Counted from the first letter of the stretch, positions 29,567-40,075 are shown. The stretch is 64,000 nucleotides of DNA from Nitrospirota bacterium (GCA_963790025.1 CAWBMP010000003.1:32001-96000), one strand, 5' to 3'. The notes: generated by a model not told the origin, from the letters alone. Made by a program: numbers and translations.

Positions 29567-30964
29567 ATGAAAATCATGACTACGCTCATCACTCTGGTTA
29601 TGTTGTCATCGTTTTCAACAGTTGTATTTGCTCAAACGCTGGAAGATCGGGTAAAAGCGCTCGAGGAAATCCTGGGAAAGCAGCAACAAACTATTGATGA
29701 GCAGCGAAAAATTATAGAAGAACTGAAAGCTGAAGTTAAACAGATCCAACCGGCTGCTTTGCCCTCGGGGACTGCTATCAATGAGCCGGGTACGAACGGG
29801 CAGATTCAACAGCGGGTGCAAGAGTTGAACGAGAAAGTGGACCAGGTGGTTGAAGCGCAAAGGAAAGTATTGCCGAGCGAGTTCAACCCGTCCATCGGGC
29901 TCGTGGGCGAGACAGTATTCTCGTATCGCAGCAGGGGAGCGTCGCAGACCGGCAGTGACCGGCCAGGCGGGTTCGATGCGAACCAACGGTCAGTTGAGCT
30001 CAACGCAGCCGCATCTGTGGACCCATTCGCGAAAGCTTACGTAGTGGCCAACGCGTCAGCTGATGCGCGAACCGGCGAATCGACTTTCACCATCGAAGAG
30101 GCCGCACTCCAAACGACTTCACTCCCATATAATCTGGAGGTGAAGGCGGGACGGTTCTTCGGGGAGTTTGGTCGGTTGGGATACATTCACGATCATGAAT
30201 TGCCTTTTGTGAATCGTCCTCTTGTCCTGGATCAGTACATTGGCGGTGAATCGAGGACAGACGGGTTACAAGTTAACTATCTGCTGCCGGTCCCGCAGTA
30301 CGTGAGCATGACAGTCGGCTTCGGCAATCAGTTCGGCGGTGATGTGCCGCCAAACAATGTCGGCGATTTTCGTCAATTGGGAGGGTGGAACTACTGGGGA
30401 CGGTTGTCCTCAAGTTTCGACATTACGCCGGATATATCGCTTGAACCAGGCGTATCGGGACTGTGGAATCCGAAGACGCAGGACCGAAACGGGCCGCTTA
30501 CTCAACCTGATGGCAGCACTCTCACCGAACGCGAACGCCGCCTGGAGGGAATAGACTTTGTGCTGAGCTACAAGCCGCTTCGTAACAATCAGTTCGAGAG
30601 CCTGACCTGGGGTACCGAAGTGCTGCGCAGCGACAACCGTTATGATGTTAATAATGGCATCAACCCGGTGTTCAGCCGCAGCGTTGGTTCCCTCGGCATG
30701 TACACATATGTAACTTACAAGTTCCATAGACAGTGGTCAGCCGGATTTCTTTATGACTGGGTGGAGAATGCACAGAATAACAAGGACAAAACCTCCGCAT
30801 ACTCTCCGTATGTCACTTGGGCTCTTAGCCACTGGAACCAACTGCGCCTTCAGTATACGTATACCGACCCCAACGCCGCATCGGGTCTGCGTCCCGATCA
30901 TGCTATTTATCTGCAATGGGCCTGGATTATTGGTTCACACGCACATGGATGGCAACAACGTTGA
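29567..30964 (+). CDS. Outer-membrane beta-barrel (porin-like) protein of the metal-uptake operon
   Basis: Signal peptide, coiled coil, FNPSIGL, HDHELPF, C-terminal LQWAWIIGSHAH. Confidence 0.7.
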   Translation: MKIMTTLITLVMLSSFSTVVFAQTLEDRVKALEEILGKQQQTIDEQRKIIEELKAEVKQIQPAALPSGTAINEPGTNGQIQQRVQELNEKVDQVVEAQRKVLPSEFNPSIGLVGETVFSYRSRGASQTGSDRPGGFDANQRSVELNAAASVDPFAKAYVVANASADARTGESTFTIEEAALQTTSLPYNLEVKAGRFFGEFGRLGYIHDHELPFVNRPLVLDQYIGGESRTDGLQVNYLLPVPQYVSMTVGFGNQFGGDVPPNNVGDFRQLGGWNYWGRLSSSFDITPDISLEPGVSGLWNPKTQDRNGPLTQPDGSTLTERERRLEGIDFVLSYKPLRNNQFESLTWGTEVLRSDNRYDVNNGINPVFSRSVGSLGMYTYVTYKFHRQWSAGFLYDWVENAQNNKDKTSAYSPYVTWALSHWNQLRLQYTYTDPNAASGLRPDHAIYLQWAWIIGSHAHGWQQR

Positions 30965-30991
30965 GCACTATGGAAAGGAGGATTTGAAAAT

Positions 30992-31924
30992 ATGGGATCA
31001 AGACTATTCCGTTTTTTTATGATAATCATGCTCGCCGGGGTATTGTGCACGGCGGCAATGCCGGTTTATGCGGCAAATATCCGGGTTGTCGCGACGCTTA
31101 CCGACCTGGCTGATTTTGCGCGAGAGGTGGGTGGTGACCTGGTCGAAGTCCACAGCCTGGCAACGGGCGTCGAAGACACGCATGGGGTACCGATGAAGCC
31201 GAGTTTTGTGCCCATTTTGAACCGGGCGGACCTTGTACTCCTGGTAGGGTTTGATTGCGAGCATGCCTTCCTGCCCGCGTTGCTGGAGGCGAGCAAGAAC
31301 CCGCGCATCCAGGTAAACAGGTCCGGCTATGTGGACTGCTCCAAGGGCATCGTCCCGCGCGACGTGCCAAAATCAACCGACCACTACGAGGGTGATGTTC
31401 ACCCATACGGCAACCCGCACTATATTCTCGATCCGGTTTTGGCGAAGACCGCAATTGGGAATATCTACAAGGCGCTGGTAGAGTTAGCGCCTCAATATAA
31501 GGCAGAATTTACTCGCAACCGTGATGCGTATCTCGCCAGATTCAACGCCAAGATCTCAGAATGGAAGAAGGAAGCTAAACCACTCAAGGGGGTAAAATTC
31601 ATATCTTATCATGAGCATTGGCCATACTTTGCAGCTCGCTTCGGCATGGAGCCATTTGGTACGATTGAAATAAAACCTGGCATCGATCCGACACCGCGTC
31701 ACATCGAAAAATTGATTGCTGCCATGAAGGCCGAGCACGTCCCTTTAGTCGTGCGTGAGCCTGAGTTTCCCGAAAAAACGCCAAGGCTAGTTGCCGAACA
31801 GACCGGCGCTACTATGGTAACATTGCCTATTATGCCGGGCGGTGTATCGAATACTGAAACATATATTAAAATGATGGATTATATCGTTCATACCATGGTC
31901 TCTGCTATACAGGCGAGGAAATAA
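30992..31924 (+). CDS. Metal ABC transporter substrate-binding protein (ZnuA/TroA family)
   Basis: EDTH, GDVHPYGNPHY, SYHEHW, EIKPGIDPTPRH. Confidence 0.88.
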   Translation: MGSRLFRFFMIIMLAGVLCTAAMPVYAANIRVVATLTDLADFAREVGGDLVEVHSLATGVEDTHGVPMKPSFVPILNRADLVLLVGFDCEHAFLPALLEASKNPRIQVNRSGYVDCSKGIVPRDVPKSTDHYEGDVHPYGNPHYILDPVLAKTAIGNIYKALVELAPQYKAEFTRNRDAYLARFNAKISEWKKEAKPLKGVKFISYHEHWPYFAARFGMEPFGTIEIKPGIDPTPRHIEKLIAAMKAEHVPLVVREPEFPEKTPRLVAEQTGATMVTLPIMPGGVSNTETYIKMMDYIVHTMVSAIQARK

Positions 31925-31977
31925 AGGGGGAGAGAGCTTGTCCGCCGGGTTTTCCGGGTGGACTTGCTCAACAAATT

Positions 31978-32691
31978 ATGAATGAAGCGCTCATCACATT
32001 GGACAATCTTAGCATAGGTTACAGCGGTCAGCCCGTGTTGTCAGGCATTTCGCTCTCTATTGCCCGCTCCACTTTTACCGGGATTCTTGGCGCGAACGGT
32101 TCGGGCAAATCGACCTTGCTCAAGACAGTTCTTGGACTGATTCCTCCAATAGCGGGCCGAATCGAAACCGTATCAGCCGGATCGCCGCTCGTTTTCGGTT
32201 ATGTTCCGCAATTCATTCATTTCGACCCGATGTATCTGCTCACGGCATTTGACGTTGCACTTATGGGCGTGTATGGGCGTGTGAGGCCGGGGTGTTTTGT
32301 GCCCTCGGCTGAACGTTCATTCACGCGCGAATGCCTGCGGGCCGCGGGTGCTGAAGATTTTGCCCGGAAATGCTTTGCCGAACTCTCCGGCGGCCAGAAG
32401 CAGCGCGTGCTTATCGCCCGCGCACTGACAACGCGCCCGGACATACTGGTGCTGGATGAGCCGACTGCCGGTGTGGACCGTGAGGCATCGCATACAGTAA
32501 TGGAATTCATTTCGCAGATCAGCAAGGAGAAGAGAATTGCAGTACTGCTCGTCACTCACGATTTTGCTGCAGTGCGTCATCACGCTGATCAAGTCATTTG
32601 GATTCACGAGGGAAACATTCTCCATGGCGCAGCTCATGAACTTCTCAAGGGCGAGCGGATGGCGGAAATATTTGGAATGGAGGTCTGCTGA
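31978..32691 (+). CDS. Metal ABC transporter ATP-binding protein (ZnuC-like)
   Basis: GANGSGKST, LSGGQKQR, LDEPTAG, VTHD. Confidence 0.9.
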   Translation: MNEALITLDNLSIGYSGQPVLSGISLSIARSTFTGILGANGSGKSTLLKTVLGLIPPIAGRIETVSAGSPLVFGYVPQFIHFDPMYLLTAFDVALMGVYGRVRPGCFVPSAERSFTRECLRAAGAEDFARKCFAELSGGQKQRVLIARALTTRPDILVLDEPTAGVDREASHTVMEFISQISKEKRIAVLLVTHDFAAVRHHADQVIWIHEGNILHGAAHELLKGERMAEIFGMEVC

Positions 32692-32692
32692 C

Positions 32693-33574
32693 ATGGAAAC
32701 GTTGCAACAGATTCTCTCGCCCGATTTTCTCTTGCTTAACTCTGTTTATACCAGCGTGCTTGTCGGTTTCTCCTGTCCACTCGTCGGCGTTTTTCTCGTG
32801 ATGCGCAGGCTGGTGTTTATGGGTGTGGCTCTGCCCCAGATTTCTTCGACGGGCGTTGCTGTCGCCCTATCTCTTCCTTTGTGGTTTGGAATCGAGTTGA
32901 CCGATTACGGCTCCCACAGCGCTCACGGTCTTGCCTTTGCCGGCTCGATCATATTCTCTATGGCCGCGATCCTGGCTCTGGCATTTCTGGAACGGCGCGG
33001 ACGCGGTCAGCCTGAAGGCCGTCTCGGTACCGCTTATGTCGTGGCCGCTGCATTGAGCATCATATTGCTGTCAAAAAATCCTCACGGCGAACTTGGCTGG
33101 CTCGACATGCTGAAAGGGGAGGTCATCGCCATATCAGATTTCGACCTTATTCTGACGGCGGCAACGCTGGCGCTTATAATCAGCGTATTGGGACTTTTCC
33201 ATAAGGAATTGCTTCTGGTGTCATTCGACCGGGAGATGGCGATTGTACTTCGCAAGAACGTAGTTTTCTGGGATGTGCTGCTTTATGTGCTGATCGGACT
33301 CACCGTCTCGATGGCAGTCCTGAGTGTCGGCCCGCTCATCGCTTTTGGATTTTTGCTGATACCTGCACTTACGGCTCATCTGGTAGCGCGCAACATGCGT
33401 CAGTTTACAGTGCTCGCGTCTTTGATCGGTGCAATGGCGGCATTCCTCGGCTTCTGGATAGCATACAAATGGGATATGCCCGTCGGCCCCACGGATGTAG
33501 TGCTCCTCGGGGTGCTTTACGCAACGGCGTGGATTGTAGACAGGCTTCTCCCATCAGGCTTACGATACTCATGA
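32693..33574 (+). CDS. Metal ABC transporter permease (ZnuB/ABC-3 family)
   Basis: Multi-TM; PLVGVFLVMRRLVF, LLVSFDREMA, DMPVGP; start ATG 32693. Confidence 0.88.
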   Translation: METLQQILSPDFLLLNSVYTSVLVGFSCPLVGVFLVMRRLVFMGVALPQISSTGVAVALSLPLWFGIELTDYGSHSAHGLAFAGSIIFSMAAILALAFLERRGRGQPEGRLGTAYVVAAALSIILLSKNPHGELGWLDMLKGEVIAISDFDLILTAATLALIISVLGLFHKELLLVSFDREMAIVLRKNVVFWDVLLYVLIGLTVSMAVLSVGPLIAFGFLLIPALTAHLVARNMRQFTVLASLIGAMAAFLGFWIAYKWDMPVGPTDVVLLGVLYATAWIVDRLLPSGLRYS

Positions 33575-33672
33575 AGCTTAGTAAATGAGAATAATTATAT
33601 ATTTTCCATCTGTAGCAGTATTGATTTAAAGGCAAGGTTGACAAAACTTATCCTTAAAGTTTATAAAAGACG

Positions 33673-33884
33673 ATCTCAGGTGCCGTAAGGATTAATAGGG
33701 AATCCCGTGAGGCGGTAATGCCGATTCGGGAGCGGGCCCGCCGCTGTAACCGGGGACGAAAGCCGACTGAGCCACTGGAGTGTAAACTCTGGGAAGGCCG
33801 GCAAGTAGGTGGGGGTCCCCAGAAAGTCACAGACTTTTTGGGGTACCGTTGATAATCCGGGAGCCAGAAGACCTACCTGTGAGA
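33673..33884 (+). promoter_or_regulatory. Cobalamin (AdoCbl) riboswitch
   Basis: AGGTGCC, AATAGGGAA, GCCCGCCGCTGTAA, GCCACTG, GGGAAGGC, B12 box GAGCCAGAAGACCTACCT; upstream TTGACA (33638) and TATAAA (33662); precedes cbiM. Confidence 0.92.
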
Positions 33885-34021
33885 CTCAGTGATATGTTGC
33901 TGATGACGGGAGCTCATTCAAGATAACCTATCGAATATCCCCCGTTTTCCATGCAACATCTCACCTATTAACCACTCCTTGCCGTGGCTGGAAGGAAAGA
34001 GGATGAAGTGAATCAGGGTGC

Positions 34022-34060
34022 AATCCTCAGGGCATTTTGCCCTGGGGATTTTTTTATTTT
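34022..34060 (+). terminator. Terminator-like hairpin, probable riboswitch expression platform
   Basis: ATCCTCAGGGCA-TTT-TGCCCTGGGGAT followed by T7. Confidence 0.65.
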
Positions 34061-34073
34061 CAGGGGTATTGAG

Positions 34074-34352
34074 ATGGACTACAAATATTTTATCCGCTAC
34101 GACTGCAGTTTTTATCGTTGCCACAATCCTTCAGATTTGAAGTCGTGTCTCTTTTGCTGGTGTCCACTTTATCTGCTGAACTGTGATGGAGCTTTTGTCA
34201 TAAGAAACGGCATTAAAGACTGTTCAGAGTGCACCACACCGCATACGGAGGAGGGATGCAATTACGTCCTCGAAACTGTAAACAGTATTCTGGGGCAAGT
34301 AAAACTAACTTGCTCCCTTCCGGCAAATGGATTGGATGAACACTACAACTGA
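34074..34352 (+). CDS. Cysteine-rich small domain (zf-like) protein associated with cobalamin genes
   Basis: CSFYRCH..CLFCWCPLY..IKDCSECTTPH. Confidence 0.8.
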   Translation: MDYKYFIRYDCSFYRCHNPSDLKSCLFCWCPLYLLNCDGAFVIRNGIKDCSECTTPHTEEGCNYVLETVNSILGQVKLTCSLPANGLDEHYN

Positions 34353-34380
34353 AAAAGTTTAAAGTAAAAAAGGAGAAAAA

Positions 34381-35145
34381 ATGATCAAGAAATATTCAAG
34401 AACAAAAGTTAGAATAGTTGCATCAATTCTGTTAAGCTGTTTCCTTTTTGCCACCGATGCCTATGCGATGCATATTTCAGAGGGCATACTGCCGATCAAC
34501 TGGGCAGCATTATGGTTTGCGGTAGCCGCACCGTTTGTAGCATATGGATTGTACCGTCTAAAGAAAATGTCTCACGAAGATATCTCTTTCAAACCTCTGG
34601 TAGGCCTCATGGCGGCTGTGGTCTTTATCATCTCCTGCATGCCGATTCCTGTGCCTACAGCTGGTACATGCTCCCATCCATGCGGAACAGGGATGTCAGC
34701 CATACTGCTCGGTCCCCCCATCAGTATCCTGATAACCGCAGTGGCCCTGCTCATTCAGGCGCTTTTCCTCTCCCACGGTGGTCTGAGCACATGGGGAGCC
34801 AATATAGTTTCCATGGGAATAATGGGTTCATTCGCAGGTTATGGGACATTCAAGGCATTAAGGGCAATGAGGGCCAATATGGCGGTAGCGGGCTTCTTTG
34901 CAGGGTTATTTGCCGACTGGGCAACCTACCTGGGCACATCTATTATGCTTGCCGCGGGCATAAAAGGCGCCGATCCATTTATGCCTATTTTCACGAAGAT
35001 CGCAATTTCCTTTATCCCTACACAGTTTCCTCTGGGAATTCTGGAAGGCGCAATGACCGCAGGCGTCGTAGTCCTGTTAGCCAAGAGACGCCCCGACCTC
35101 CTTGTAAAAATGAAAGTTATAAAGCCTGGGGAGGTAGCGACATGA
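34381..35145 (+). CDS. cbiM: Cobalt ECF transporter S component CbiM
   Basis: Signal then AMHISEGILP, GTCSHPCG, HGGLSTWGAN, PTQFPLGILEG. Confidence 0.92.
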   Translation: MIKKYSRTKVRIVASILLSCFLFATDAYAMHISEGILPINWAALWFAVAAPFVAYGLYRLKKMSHEDISFKPLVGLMAAVVFIISCMPIPVPTAGTCSHPCGTGMSAILLGPPISILITAVALLIQALFLSHGGLSTWGANIVSMGIMGSFAGYGTFKALRAMRANMAVAGFFAGLFADWATYLGTSIMLAAGIKGADPFMPIFTKIAISFIPTQFPLGILEGAMTAGVVVLLAKRRPDLLVKMKVIKPGEVAT

Positions 35146-35278
35146 AAATTTTACGATTGCGGGCATGTTTTTAGTCATCTTGCTTATACTTTGTAATCTG
35201 TCGATTGCTGTTGCCGCTGAAGAGAAATGGACTGGTGTCGTTGACAAAGAGACGCAGGCTCTGTTAATATTTTTTTAA
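35142..35278 (+). pseudogene. Frameshifted, truncated cbiN-like remnant
   Basis: ATG overlaps the cbiM stop and stops after 10 codons; adding one T gives MKIFTIAGMFLVILLILCNLSIAVAAEEKWTGV; no cbiQ or cbiO follows. Confidence 0.55.
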
Positions 35279-35706
35279 TCGGCCTGGATAGGAAATTCAG
35301 GCTAAGCATGATTTGTACTTAGATAATTTGGTACCAGAGCCACGAAGGCAGGCGCTATGAAGGCGCAGTTTTCGTGGCTTTTTTATTCAGCGAGATGATC
35401 GCGTGCATAAAAAAATTATTAAGAGGGGCAGGTGATAAGTTTGGCGAAGGCATGGCCAGCCGGAGCTTTTACCAAAGTTTCACGTTATTGTCACATTTTC
35501 GTAACAACTAGTATTGTATACTCCCATGCTGCACAAACGCCTGATAAATGACAACATCCGGCTGATAGAGTCAACTAATGGGAGTTGTAGTATACGCCTG
35601 CCACACAGGAAATCGTCATACATAGTTTTTGCAGCAAGTTGCCGATTTGCTTTTGTCAGAAACATAGGGGTTTGGGATATTTACTTTTCAGGGGAGGTAT
35701 TTGTGT

Positions 35707-37836
35707 ATGGTAATGCGATGTCACAATAGGACGAGAAAAATTATTCGAGGCAGTTTAAGGCTGTTTATAGTGTTGTCCAGTATTCTGTTTTCATCAGTGG
35801 CATATGCCGGGGGCATCCAGACACTGGATGTAGTAGAGGTAACTGACACCACCGAAAACCTGGTAGGCGTCGCTGATTCTGCAAATGAGGGAACTATCCT
35901 CAGGGAACAAATCGAATCCCGACCGGCATACCGGAATGGAGAATTATTGGAAGTAACTCCGGGGCTGATCGTAACCCAGCATAGTGGAGAAGGAAAGGCC
36001 AATCAATATTTTCTCAGGGGTGTGAATCTCGATCATGGAACGGACCTTAGGATTACAGTTGACGGCATGTTAGTCAATGAACGCACTAATGCGCATGGTC
36101 AGGGATATTCCGATACTAATTTCATGATACCGGAACTGATCAACTATATACAGTACCGGAAGGGACCTTACTATGCAGATTACGGTGATTTTTCATCTGT
36201 AGGGGCTATAGACGTCAGTTACGTCGATACGCTTAAGCAGGGGATTGCAAGCACCACGGTGGGAACATACGGCTATGAGCGCGAACTCCTTGCCGACTCA
36301 ATAAAGCTGTGGGGCGGAAACCTGCTTGGCGCCTTCGAATACGAGCATAACGATGGTCCATGGGTCAATAAAGCAGACTTCAGGAAATGGAACGGCGTAT
36401 TGCGTTACAGCATAGGGGAAGGGAAAGACCATTTAGCCTTTGCCGCAATGTTTTACTCAAGCCAGGGTAACGCCACCAATCAGACAGCCGAACGTGCGGT
36501 GGACGAAGGCGTGATATCCCGTTTCGGTACACTCGACCCGAGCGACTTCACATCTACCCGTCGCTACAGCCTATCCGGTGCATGGCAGCACACTGAAGGC
36601 AGTTCTGTTATCAAAGCCAATATATATATTATCGATAAGCATATGGAATTATTTTCCGACTTCACCTATTTCCTTGATGATCCTGTTCACGGCGATCAAT
36701 TTAACCAGTGGGACCATAGAATATCGAGCGCATTCAACGCCGGCTATACATGGAGCGGCAAGTTGCTCGGATTGGATATGGAAAATACCGTTGGTATGCA
36801 ACTACAAAATGACAATATCTTTCTCGGTCTGAACCACACCCAGGACCGGCAGATACTGCAGGTCTGGCGGGAAGACCATGTAATTGAAAGAAGCGAGTCG
36901 GCGTATTTTCAAAACACTATTCACTGGTTTGAGAAATTTCGTACTGAAATCGGTCTTCGCGGCGACTATATACAGATCAACGATTATGCTGCAACAGCGA
37001 ACTCCGGCAAGATCTCCGACAGTATGGCAAACCCCAAGTTAAGCCTGATATTTGGCCCCTGGGCCAAAACAGAGTACTTTATTAATGTGGGCGAGGGCTT
37101 TCATAGTAATGATGCCCGCAGCACTATTGACACCTCGGTGCCTGTAAGCGACCCAACAGCAGGTCCGAACCAGGCAGCAAAACCTCTTGTGCGCTCCAAA
37201 GGATGGGAGGTTGGAGCGCGTAGTGCTATCATACCGGGGCTTGAGACTGAACTGTCATTCTTTCAGTTGAATTTCGCTTCAGAACTTGAGTGGGATGGAG
37301 ACAAAGGGGAGACCTCGCCTGGTCCGCCCAGCAGGCGCACAGGCGTTGAGTTAGCTAATTATTATAAGCCGACACGCTGGCTTACGATAGACGCTGATTT
37401 TGCATATACCAGGGCACGCACCACTGTTCCGGACACGAGCAATCCCCCGTTCATAGGGAGATATATACAAAACGCGCCTGAGGGTGTAGCTTCCATAGGC
37501 GCATCGGTACATGATCTGGGTCCGTATTTCGGAACTCTGAGATTGCGCTACCTTGGCAGGTATCCGCTTGTTCAGGACGATAGCGTAACCGCGAAGCCAT
37601 CGGCCCTTCTGGAAGCGGAGGCAGGATATAAATTTACCAAGAATTTAAAGGTTGTGCTGCAGGGTTTCAACCTGCTCAACGCCAAGGCCAGCGACATTGA
37701 ATATTATTATGCTTCCAGGCTTGCAACGGAGCCTTTATCTCTTGCCACCCCTAATGGAGGATCAGGGGTAAATGATATACACTTTCACGCGGCTGAGCCC
37801 ATCAACGGTCGCCTGAGCCTAATTTATAATTTTTAA
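35707..37836 (+). CDS. TonB-dependent receptor (probably metal uptake)
   Basis: TonB-box-like LDVVEVT, plug QHSGEGKANQYFLRGVNLDHGTD, KGPYYADYGDF, C-terminal IYNF. Confidence 0.9.
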   Translation: MVMRCHNRTRKIIRGSLRLFIVLSSILFSSVAYAGGIQTLDVVEVTDTTENLVGVADSANEGTILREQIESRPAYRNGELLEVTPGLIVTQHSGEGKANQYFLRGVNLDHGTDLRITVDGMLVNERTNAHGQGYSDTNFMIPELINYIQYRKGPYYADYGDFSSVGAIDVSYVDTLKQGIASTTVGTYGYERELLADSIKLWGGNLLGAFEYEHNDGPWVNKADFRKWNGVLRYSIGEGKDHLAFAAMFYSSQGNATNQTAERAVDEGVISRFGTLDPSDFTSTRRYSLSGAWQHTEGSSVIKANIYIIDKHMELFSDFTYFLDDPVHGDQFNQWDHRISSAFNAGYTWSGKLLGLDMENTVGMQLQNDNIFLGLNHTQDRQILQVWREDHVIERSESAYFQNTIHWFEKFRTEIGLRGDYIQINDYAATANSGKISDSMANPKLSLIFGPWAKTEYFINVGEGFHSNDARSTIDTSVPVSDPTAGPNQAAKPLVRSKGWEVGARSAIIPGLETELSFFQLNFASELEWDGDKGETSPGPPSRRTGVELANYYKPTRWLTIDADFAYTRARTTVPDTSNPPFIGRYIQNAPEGVASIGASVHDLGPYFGTLRLRYLGRYPLVQDDSVTAKPSALLEAEAGYKFTKNLKVVLQGFNLLNAKASDIEYYYASRLATEPLSLATPNGGSGVNDIHFHAAEPINGRLSLIYNF

Positions 37837-37847
37837 AACAAAGGAGT

Positions 37848-38507
37848 GTGAGCATGCAAAATCTTTTCACAGCAGTCAAGGCCCTGCAGTTCGGGGGTAT
37901 GGCTATCTACCCACTTTTGCTTCTTGGGATAATTGCCCTGTCAGTTTGTCTGGACAAAGCATTCATTTACTGGCGCTTTGCCCGTTTGTCCGCCGCCACG
38001 CTGACACTGGTGGAGACCTATCGGTTTGGATGGGGGGACCTGGAACAGCAGATGGCCTCTTTTATTCCCGGCAATTGCTTCGGACGTTTCTTTCGGGTGA
38101 TCCTGGATAACCGGGGCAACCCTGCATGGTGGGTTGAATCCCGTGCTGCTGACGAGGCGCAGTTGATAGAGAAGTCCTTAAGCAGGGGGCTGTGGGTACT
38201 GGAGACAATTGTTACGGCGGCACCGCTCCTCGGGCTGGTCGGGACAATCATCGGCATGATGGAATCGTTTAAGTTGATTGGAGGCAGTGGGCTTGTAAAC
38301 CCAACCGGGATTACCGGGGGCGTAGCCCAGGCCCTTATCGCAACGACACTCGGCCTGATCATCGCTCTTATCGCATTGTTCGCATTCAACTTCTTTGCTC
38401 ATCTGCAATCCAGGACAATGGATGAGATGGAGCGTCTTGGCACCCGCCTGATAGACCATATAAGGATGGACCAGGAAAAAAACGGAGTTACACATGAAAC
38501 TGCGTAG
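37848..38507 (+). CDS. exbB: ExbB/TolQ/MotA proton channel
   Basis: APLLGLVGTIIGM, GVAQALIATTLGL. Confidence 0.9.
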   Translation: MSMQNLFTAVKALQFGGMAIYPLLLLGIIALSVCLDKAFIYWRFARLSAATLTLVETYRFGWGDLEQQMASFIPGNCFGRFFRVILDNRGNPAWWVESRAADEAQLIEKSLSRGLWVLETIVTAAPLLGLVGTIIGMMESFKLIGGSGLVNPTGITGGVAQALIATTLGLIIALIALFAFNFFAHLQSRTMDEMERLGTRLIDHIRMDQEKNGVTHETA

Positions 38508-38898
38508 GTCGCGGCAGGCCAGGCGCGGACGCATAGAGATCATACCTATGATCGACGTAATGTTTTTTCTTCTCGCAACTTTTATACTTGCATCGCTTTC
38601 ATTTCAAAATCTCCATTCCCTGCCGGTCAATCTGCCCCGGGGCAAAGCGGCCCCGATGCAGGCCAAAACACCTATAACGTTGACTATCAACAGGAATAAC
38701 GCAATCCTTCTGGACGGCAAGCAAGTAACTCTCGACACTATAGCGGCAACCTTAACGCCCATGTTACAGGGCGACAACAAGCAGATTGTAGTAGCCGCAG
38801 ACAGTGCCGCACTGGAGGGCGTAGTGGTGCAGGCCATGCTTCGTGCCCGAAGCGTTGGGGTGGAACATTTCATAATTGCTGTGAAGTACAATGAATAG
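38494..38898 (+). CDS. exbD: Biopolymer transporter ExbD
   Basis: IEIIPMIDVMFFLL, VNLP, AAD. Confidence 0.9.
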   Translation: MKLRRSRQARRGRIEIIPMIDVMFFLLATFILASLSFQNLHSLPVNLPRGKAAPMQAKTPITLTINRNNAILLDGKQVTLDTIAATLTPMLQGDNKQIVVAADSAALEGVVVQAMLRARSVGVEHFIIAVKYNE

Positions 38899-39610
38899 AT
38901 TTGCTATAAAACCTGCCGATATCGACAATCTTTGGCACCGCCTGCCCTGGGTGCTGCTAACGTCGCTGGTGCTATGGGTAATACTCCTTTGGGGATTCGG
39001 CCTGGTGTTAAAACATATTACTGAAGAGGAACATCCACTGAAGCCCATAACTGCAGAATTGATTGAACTGCATCCACCGGTGCAGCATTTTGCTGTCCCT
39101 TTTTCCACCGAAGCCAGGACGGTCCCCAAAACGATCCCGCCTCAAGTGCCTGCTCCTGCACAGAAAACTGTAATGCAGACATCCAGCCAGAAATCGGCAC
39201 TATCTTCGATCCCGGCCGTTTCTCTCCCTGGAACAAACATGCCGTCCGGGAATCAAGTTCTTCCATATAACGTGCCATCCGGCTTGAAGTCCAATGCGAA
39301 GAGCGCGCAAGGCTCCGGCGAGTCTATCACACCGCCTCAATTTGGACCTGCTTATTTTAACAACCCAAAACCTGCGTATCCCGCTTTCGCCAGGCGAATG
39401 GGAATTCAGGGGACGGTGATGCTCAAGGTGCTGGTAAGTCGGGAAGGATTTTCGCTCAAGGTCCAGTTGGCCCAATCTTCCGGTTTTGAAATTTTGGACA
39501 ATGCTGCTGCCGAAACAGTAAAAACCTGGCGTTTTGTTCCTGCACGCCGGGGAGACTTGCCGGTGGATGAATGGGTGCAGGTCCCAGTGGCATTTCACTT
39601 AAACAGATGA
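38891..39610 (+). CDS. tonB: Energy transducer TonB
   Basis: TM anchor, Pro-rich linker, PAYPAFARRMGIQGTV, SSGFEILD, WRFVPA. Confidence 0.9.
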   Translation: MNRFAIKPADIDNLWHRLPWVLLTSLVLWVILLWGFGLVLKHITEEEHPLKPITAELIELHPPVQHFAVPFSTEARTVPKTIPPQVPAPAQKTVMQTSSQKSALSSIPAVSLPGTNMPSGNQVLPYNVPSGLKSNAKSAQGSGESITPPQFGPAYFNNPKPAYPAFARRMGIQGTVMLKVLVSREGFSLKVQLAQSSGFEILDNAAAETVKTWRFVPARRGDLPVDEWVQVPVAFHLNR

Positions 39611-39648
39611 GTTGGATTTTGTAAAAAAACACGATGAGTAAGGAACCC

Positions 39649-40075
39649 TCAAAAATATTTCTCCCCTTCCATAAGGGCTTCGCGGGTAATAACATAGCTG
39701 TTTCTCTGCAACGTTCCCTTTAACGGGATTGGATAACAACTTCCGATCCCAGTCTGTAAACTGTCTATGGGCCAACGTTCATCGCAAGATTCTGCATTTC
39801 ATGTATCCTTCTTCAAAGCGAAAACCTGTCTTTTGGGGGTAACATTCCCTGCATGCGTTGAAATATGCCTGAATTTCGCCATTCACTTTTACAAGAAAAA
39901 AACTGATCTTTTTACTGTCGACAGACAAAGTGTAAAACTGTGGCTGCTTTGACTTCAGGGCGATCACATCTATTGCAGAGGTGTGTCCATTGAAAGGCGC
40001 CAGAATGCATGAGGGACCCTTATCACAGGAGCATATAATGCACATAAGGCTTGCAAGGACCAATAAAGGCTTCAT
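39649..40075 (-). pseudogene. Frameshifted DUF2318-like Cys-rich protein, paralog of 52306-52731
   Basis: FNACRECYPQKTGFRFEEGYMKCR, then a +1 shift; the shifted frame continues CDERWPIDSLQTGIGSCYPIPLKGTLQRNSYVITREALMEGEKYF* and aligns with the paralog. Confidence 0.8.

Noticed and set aside
33583..33603. Fur-like box AAATGAGAATAATTATATATT upstream of the riboswitch promoter
   Set aside because: Only one half matches well and the context is AT-rich; not supportable without a matrix scan
35484..35505. NikR/ModE-like site GTTAT-N12-GTAAC upstream of the TBDR
   Set aside because: Short, imperfect, and spacing does not clearly fit either consensus
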